From assembly GCA_965205975.1 (NCBI GenBank), contig OZ242195.1, forward strand, positions 2,336,001 to 2,400,000: a DNA stretch of 64,000 bases, given 5' to 3'. The stretch's first letter is position 1, and each line of letters opens with the position of its first letter. The notes beneath the pieces were generated by a model. It saw only the letters and a program-made list of their open reading frames with translations. It did not search any database and had not been told where the DNA came from. Positions 58,461 to 64,000 of this stretch are shown here, piece by piece. Both the position numbers and the translations under genes were made by a program. This DNA comes from Candidatus Latescibacterota bacterium (GTDB lineage Bacteria > Latescibacterota > UBA2968).

Positions 58461-58827
58461 TACCGATGTTGTGATATGGGTTTTCAGAGGACATGAAGAG
58501 GCTGCAAAACTCGTTGAAAGTATCGATGATCGTCAGATATCGATTGTTACTTATATGGAATTTATCCAGGGTGCGAGAAATCGGCAGGAATTAAAAAAGA
58601 TCAAGAATTTTCTCACTGATCATGCCTTTCAGACTTTACCTCTCACTGAAAATATCGGACACAGAGCGTCTGTATATATGGAAGAATATACCCTTAAGAC
58701 AGCACTGTATATGGCAGATGCCCTGATTGCAGCAACCGCTATTGAACATCATTTAACACTTTGCACAGCCAATAGAAAACACTACCGCGTAATCAACGAA
58801 CTCAATCTAAAAATCTTTCGTCCTTGA
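58450..58827 (+). CDS. vapC: VapC family PIN-domain toxin
   Basis: IFDTDV, TYMEF, ADALIAATA, TANRKHY. Confidence 0.9.
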   Translation: MIFDTDVVIWVFRGHEEAAKLVESIDDRQISIVTYMEFIQGARNRQELKKIKNFLTDHAFQTLPLTENIGHRASVYMEEYTLKTALYMADALIAATAIEHHLTLCTANRKHYRVINELNLKIFRP

Positions 58828-58930
58828 CCTCTGGCGACCACCCTTAAACTGCTATCGCATTCATGCTCGTTTTCGGATATTACTTGTGCTTATCCATTGA
58901 GTTTTTACAACTTTTTTTGCATATCTACCC

Positions 58931-59941
58931 ATGCACATCTACATCCTCAAAAGATTACTGGCACTGATCCCTACCCTATTGGGCATCACAGTGCTGGTTT
59001 TTTTTATGGTACATCTCGTACCTGGAGACCCGGCACAGATCATGCTGGGCGAACGGGCAAGTGCCGAAAGTCTGGCAGCCTTGAGACGCGACCTGGGCCT
59101 GGACCAGCCATTGCATATACAATTTGGACGCTATCTATCCGACCTGCTACAAGGCGACCTGGGGCGGTCAATTAAATCGCACGAACGCGTATCCGTCGAA
59201 CTAATGGCGCGTTTCCCCGCCACCATGGAACTCACCTTTGCGAGCATGGTATTCGCCTGCATACTCGGCATTGGCGCAGGTATAGCATCCGCAGTCCGAC
59301 GCGGCACCTGGTGGGATTATATTGGCATGACAGCATCATTAGCAGGAGTCTCAGTGCCCATCTTCTGGTTGGGATTACTGCTCATCCTCGCCCTTGCAGT
59401 CTCCCTACCGCTGTTCCCCGTCTCTGGAAGGCTCAGCTCCCATGTATTTATACCCACACTAACGGGATTTTACCTCATAGACAGCCTGCTCACAGGTGAT
59501 CTTCCGAGTTTTGGGGATGCCCTCTGGCATTTAATCTTGCCGGGCATAACCCTGGGCACCGTGCCCGCCGCTGTTATCGCGCGCATGACCCGGTCGAGCT
59601 TGCTGGAAGTCCTGCGCGAAGATTATGTGCGCACGGCCTGGGCAAAAGGCTTATCTGAACGGGTCGTCATCTTGCGCCATGCACTGAAAAATGCCTTCAT
59701 CCCCGTCTTAACCGTAATCAGCTTGCAATTCGGCTATCTATTGGGCGGCGCTGTCTTGACCGAAAGTATCTTTGCCTGGCCCGGGGTCGGGCGCTGGTTG
59801 CTCCTCTCGGTTTACGCACGCGACTTTCGGGCAATACAAGGAGGCGTGCTAATCGTCGCCACCACCTTTGTGCTCATCAACCTGATCGCAGATCTGTTAT
59901 ACGCCTATCTGGACCCACGGATAAAATACGGTAAGGAATAG
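58931..59941 (+). CDS. dppB: Dipeptide ABC transporter permease
   Basis: PGDPA, FPATMEL, RMTRSSLLEVLREDYVRTAWAKGL, LDPRI. Confidence 0.92.
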   Translation: MHIYILKRLLALIPTLLGITVLVFFMVHLVPGDPAQIMLGERASAESLAALRRDLGLDQPLHIQFGRYLSDLLQGDLGRSIKSHERVSVELMARFPATMELTFASMVFACILGIGAGIASAVRRGTWWDYIGMTASLAGVSVPIFWLGLLLILALAVSLPLFPVSGRLSSHVFIPTLTGFYLIDSLLTGDLPSFGDALWHLILPGITLGTVPAAVIARMTRSSLLEVLREDYVRTAWAKGLSERVVILRHALKNAFIPVLTVISLQFGYLLGGAVLTESIFAWPGVGRWLLLSVYARDFRAIQGGVLIVATTFVLINLIADLLYAYLDPRIKYGKE

Positions 59942-59948
59942 ATGCGCA

Positions 59949-60818
59949 ATGTCACACATTCAAGACACCTTACAAACACCACCGCAAACCACTGCGCTAT
60001 TGATCTGGCAGCGCTTGCGAAAAAACCGTCTCTCCATTGTCGGAAGCGTATTGATCGGCGGCTTTCTACTCCTGGCTTTCGCAGCACCGTTAATAGCCCC
60101 TGCCGATCCCATGGCGCAGGCACTTTACAATCGACTATCGCCTCCAACACTCGAACATCCATTCGGCACAGATGACTTTGGTCGAGACATATTGAGCCGC
60201 GTCATCTATGGCGCGCGGATATCCCTGCGCGTCGGGGTATTCGCCGTACTGATCGCCCTTGTGCTGGGCACCTGTATCGGAGTGGTCGCGGGCTACTGGG
60301 GGGGGTGGATAGATCAAATATTGATGCGACTGATGGATCTACTACTCGCCTTTCCGAGCATATTGCTCGCAATCGGCATCGTAGCTATTTTGGGACCCGG
60401 CTTGGAAAACGCGATGTTGGCCGTCGGCATCGTGGCTATGCCGCAATATGCGCGCCTGATTCGCGCGTCCGTCTTAACCGTGCGAGAAACCGATTATGTC
60501 ATGGCCGCACGCGCCCTGGGGGCATCGGATTCGCGCATACTATGTGTGGCCGTCTTGCCCAATTGTCTCGCCCCATTGATCGTCCAGGCGACATTGGGAT
60601 TGGCAACCGCGATCCTCGACGCTGCAGGACTGAGCTTTCTCGGCCTGGGCGCACAACCCCCAACGCCCGAATGGGGGGCGATGCTGAGCCAGGGACGCGA
60701 ACTGATTGTGCGCGCACCCTGGGTACTCACCTTTCCCGGTGGGGCAATCTTTTTCACAGTACTGGCATTTAATCTGGTCGGCGATGGTCTGCGAGACGCG
60801 CTGGATCCAAAGGCTTAA
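59949..60818 (+). CDS. dppC: Dipeptide ABC transporter permease
   Basis: HPFGTDDFGRDILSRVIYGAR, LSFLGLG, GDGLRDALDP. Confidence 0.92.
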   Translation: MSHIQDTLQTPPQTTALLIWQRLRKNRLSIVGSVLIGGFLLLAFAAPLIAPADPMAQALYNRLSPPTLEHPFGTDDFGRDILSRVIYGARISLRVGVFAVLIALVLGTCIGVVAGYWGGWIDQILMRLMDLLLAFPSILLAIGIVAILGPGLENAMLAVGIVAMPQYARLIRASVLTVRETDYVMAARALGASDSRILCVAVLPNCLAPLIVQATLGLATAILDAAGLSFLGLGAQPPTPEWGAMLSQGRELIVRAPWVLTFPGGAIFFTVLAFNLVGDGLRDALDPKA

Positions 60819-62050
60819 TTCAACTCTGCCATCGGGCCGAGTGCGACAAGCGCGGGATCCGCATCGAGGGGATATTGATCGAGATAATCGGCAATGCGTT
60901 CTGGCGTAACAGCATCGATCTCCGCACGTTCTTCCTCGAGCGTTTTGAGCGGCGTATCAGTACTCAGACTACCCACAATTTGAGAAAAGCGAGAAAGACC
61001 GTTTTCCCCGCTGCAAACAATACCAGTAGCCTGTTTGGTCTTGGCGCGTTGGAGCGCATCACTATCAATACCGTTCTTTAAATCCGCCATTTCGCGCCGC
61101 ACAATATCGAGAACCTGAGACGCATTTTGCGGATCCACGGACAGATAAACATAAAAAAGCCCCGCATCGCTAAAATTGATATACTCTGCCGACGCTTCAT
61201 CAGCCAGACCCTCTTGAATAATAGACCAGTAGAGCCGGCTATTGGTCGATGCCCCCAAATAAGCAGAAAGTAGATCTGCAGTAGCGGCATGATCATCGGA
61301 AGATGGCGGCGCGGGAAGCGCGAGCGCGATATGTTCGCGCGCCACACCATCGCGTTGTACAACGCGGTTTGCAGCGTGAAAAGTCGGAATAGATTGCTTC
61401 CGACCATTATCTGACATCTGCCAGTCTCCGCAATGTGCGTCAACAGCGCGAATAATCTCATCGCGATCAAACGCACCTGTAATGGCAAACGTGAGGTTAT
61501 TGGGACCATAGCGTCGCTGATGATATTCTGCCATCAAATCGCGGGTAATAGACTTCACCGTATCCTCTGTACCCAGCACACTCTGTCCCAGGGGATGAGC
61601 ACCAAAAGCCTCTTGAATGAGATCGTCAATAATAAGCGCATCGGGCTGGTCGTGATACATCGCAATCTCTTCGAGAATAACCTTCTTTTCCATATCAAAC
61701 TCATCCGATGGCAAATTGGAGCGCATCATATCGCTGAGAATCTCGATAGAATCCGTTGCCCGATCACTTTGCACCCAGTGAAAATAGGCCGTGCCCTCCC
61801 ACCATGTGTAGGCATTCCACATAGCGCCCAGATCATCGACATCGAGCGAAAGTTGCCGCCAGTCGCGCCTGGGCGTCCCCTTGAAACACATGTGTTCGAG
61901 AAAATGTGAAATCCCCAAAAGGTCTGGCGCTTCATCGCGCGATCCCGTCTGCACAAAAAAACCCAGCGCGGACGAACGAATGCGCGGAATCGTTTCAAAA
62001 ACAAGCGAGAGACCATTATCGAGGGTATGCGTGGAAAACGGTGAAGACAT
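60815..62050 (-). CDS. M16 family zinc peptidase (catalytic subunit)
   Basis: GISHFLEHMCFKG (HxxEH), NAYT, EKKVILEEI. Confidence 0.93.
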   Translation of the reverse strand: MSSPFSTHTLDNGLSLVFETIPRIRSSALGFFVQTGSRDEAPDLLGISHFLEHMCFKGTPRRDWRQLSLDVDDLGAMWNAYTWWEGTAYFHWVQSDRATDSIEILSDMMRSNLPSDEFDMEKKVILEEIAMYHDQPDALIIDDLIQEAFGAHPLGQSVLGTEDTVKSITRDLMAEYHQRRYGPNNLTFAITGAFDRDEIIRAVDAHCGDWQMSDNGRKQSIPTFHAANRVVQRDGVAREHIALALPAPPSSDDHAATADLLSAYLGASTNSRLYWSIIQEGLADEASAEYINFSDAGLFYVYLSVDPQNASQVLDIVRREMADLKNGIDSDALQRAKTKQATGIVCSGENGLSRFSQIVGSLSTDTPLKTLEEERAEIDAVTPERIADYLDQYPLDADPALVALGPMAELN

Positions 62051-62094
62051 GGGTTGCTCCTGAAAAAAATAGTGAAACGTAAAACGCTGATAGC

Positions 62095-62958
62095 TTATAA
62101 ATTCTTCGCCATAGCAATAGCTTCATGTTCGGGCAAATAGGGCACATCCGTGCGATCCCAACTGCGTCTGCCGGCGACACAGTGAATGCCCATCAGTTGT
62201 CGCTTTTGGGGCGTATCGGCCCAATCGACAATGCTTTGCGGCGGTGGGCTCGCGATCCACTTTTTCACGAAAAAGGGCATATAACCATAAATAACGATGC
62301 GCCGATCCATCGCACTGGTATTGGCACACCCCGTATGCCAGCAGACCACGTTCCACAGCACGGCATCGCCAGCATTGAGAGCCATCTTCTCCATATTGGG
62401 CATGGTTTCCAGGGCATCTCTCGAATATTCGTCTTTGGGCGGATAATCCGGATTTGTGTGCGTACCAGGCACCAGTGAAAAGCATCCCATGTCTTCGGTC
62501 TGATCGTCGATAAAATAAAAAACTTTAATCTTGAGCGTATATTGCGGGTGCGTCCAGGGCGGCCAGTCTCGGTGCCAGTTCGTGTGTGCAGCAGTACCCG
62601 CATGGTGATTGTGATAGAGCATCTCCATCACCTGATAATCCGGGCCGACGATATTTTTGACATAGGGAATAACACTGGGATTATTGGCCAGATCGAGAAT
62701 GGTCCCATCTGTGTCAAAATCCGGACGGATAGTATGCGCGTAAGGTCCATTGCCATAGCCACTTCGGAACTTGCCGATCCGAAGCTCTTCTTCCCGTTCG
62801 GCAAGCATTTCTGCCTCGCGGCGTTCAAAAGCCCGTCGCACCCGGTCCAGACCAATGGGTTCAATAGCGTTTTTAATCACAATATACCCATTTTCAGCGT
62901 AAAAAGCGCGCTCCTCATCGGTTGGTGTCGAATATTCTATTGCATCAATCGTTGCCAT
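62095..62958 (-). CDS. PhyH family Fe(II)/2OG dioxygenase
   Basis: WHRD, LVPGTH, AGDAVLW...WH. Confidence 0.9.
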   Translation of the reverse strand: MATIDAIEYSTPTDEERAFYAENGYIVIKNAIEPIGLDRVRRAFERREAEMLAEREEELRIGKFRSGYGNGPYAHTIRPDFDTDGTILDLANNPSVIPYVKNIVGPDYQVMEMLYHNHHAGTAAHTNWHRDWPPWTHPQYTLKIKVFYFIDDQTEDMGCFSLVPGTHTNPDYPPKDEYSRDALETMPNMEKMALNAGDAVLWNVVCWHTGCANTSAMDRRIVIYGYMPFFVKKWIASPPPQSIVDWADTPQKRQLMGIHCVAGRRSWDRTDVPYLPEHEAIAMAKNL

Positions 62959-62996
62959 AAATTGCTCCTGTGAGAACTGAATGATCCTCTTACCTC

Positions 62997-64000
62997 TTAG
63001 CCCTTCAGCGGTCGAGGTCCTAAAACCAGCAATGTACCAGGTGTTGAGGGAAAAGTCTCAATATATTGCGGAATCTGATCGAGGGTAACGGCATCAATAC
63101 CAGCGGCGATTTCGTCAATCGTGCGTACGCGGCCCTCGAGAAATAAGTCTTCGATGATACCTCCAGCGCGGCCCTCGGGCAAATCGCCAATGGTAAAAAG
63201 GCGCCCCTTGAGCACTGTCTTAGCCCGAATGAGCTCTTCGGCAGTGACATCGCGGCGCAATCGCGCGAGCTCCGATTGGCAGACATCCAGAGTCTCCTGG
63301 GCGCGGTCGGCAGTTGTCCCTGCATAAACAGCCATCAGGCCCCCGCCGCGGTATGCCTGATAAAAAGCCGACACACTGTAGGCCAGACCGCGTTTTTCGC
63401 GGACCTCTGTAAATAATCGGCTCGATCCACCACCGGAAAGAATGGCGATGGCGAGTTGGCCCGCGTAATAGAGATCCTGGCCTCGTGGAACACCGCGAGA
63501 AAGCGCACAAATATGGGCTTGCTCTGATGGCTTTTCGTGATGTACACTGCGGTCGGCAACAGAAATGGGATGGACTTCCTCCCTGTCTGCTGATTCACCT
63601 GTCCACCCGCCAAAAACATCGCCAACAGTCTCGATCACACTCTCCGCATCCAGACCGCCTGCAACCCCAATGAGCAAATGGGCTGGCCTGCAATGTGCAT
63701 CCCAATGGCGGCGAACGCCTGCAGGTGTAATAGCCGATACTGTATCGGGTTCTCCAAGGGGAATCCTGCCCATCGGTGAGCCAAGCCCCGCCTTATAGGC
63801 CATATACATAGCCTGTTGTATGGGGTTATCTTCTATGCGTTTGAGTTCCTCAAGAGTGATGGTCTTGGCGATCTCGACCTGGTCACTGGGAAAAGACGCG
63901 CTGCGAAAAAGTTCGGCATAAAGTTCGAGTGCGGGTTTGAATTTGTCGGGCAGGACTTGCGCGAGAAAAGAGGTATGTTCGACAGAGGTCGAAGAACTGC
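62997..64000 (-). CDS. M16 family peptidase partner subunit (5' part outside the window)
   Basis: Frame stays open to the window edge (SVEHTSF...LELYAELFRSASFP); LSGGGSSRLFTEVREKRGLAYSV. Confidence 0.88.
   Translation of the reverse strand, partial: SSSTSVEHTSFLAQVLPDKFKPALELYAELFRSASFPSDQVEIAKTITLEELKRIEDNPIQQAMYMAYKAGLGSPMGRIPLGEPDTVSAITPAGVRRHWDAHCRPAHLLIGVAGGLDAESVIETVGDVFGGWTGESADREEVHPISVADRSVHHEKPSEQAHICALSRGVPRGQDLYYAGQLAIAILSGGGSSRLFTEVREKRGLAYSVSAFYQAYRGGGLMAVYAGTTADRAQETLDVCQSELARLRRDVTAEELIRAKTVLKGRLFTIGDLPEGRAGGIIEDLFLEGRVRTIDEIAAGIDAVTLDQIPQYIETFPSTPGTLLVLGPRPLKG

Overview
Bacterial chromosomal window with about 60 genes. I found no rRNA, tRNA, CRISPR array, intact integrase or transposase. 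The backbone is catabolic and housekeeping: an RND efflux pair, three Cys-type sulfatases, a GH29 fucosidase, four enolase-superfamily dehydratases, three Gfo/Idh/MocA oxidoreductases, three PhyH-type dioxygenases, selA-selB, fbaB, mazG, dppABC and an M16 peptidase pair. This repertoire suggests an FCB-group or Latescibacterota/Poribacteria-like, possibly host-associated heterotroph (inference only). Small accessory modules are wedged between these genes: two DUF4258/DUF2283 pairs, an orphan HicB, a HEPN fragment, an HNH pair, VapBC, a type II R-M system with a frameshifted endonuclease, a frameshifted pentapeptide-repeat/FRG gene, a GtrA + DUF2723 (TMEM260-like) pair and a collapsed ABC permease. 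Several of these sit next to REP-like hairpins or short-unit repeats. The most unusual item is a 170-aa protein (30241-30753) that fuses an integrase-like N-terminal arm-binding domain to an apparently dead PD-(D/E)XK-like domain. It lies directly downstream of an array of TAGCCACA repeats and a perfect 18-bp palindrome overlapping its predicted promoter. All family calls are by-eye motif recognition, not database results.
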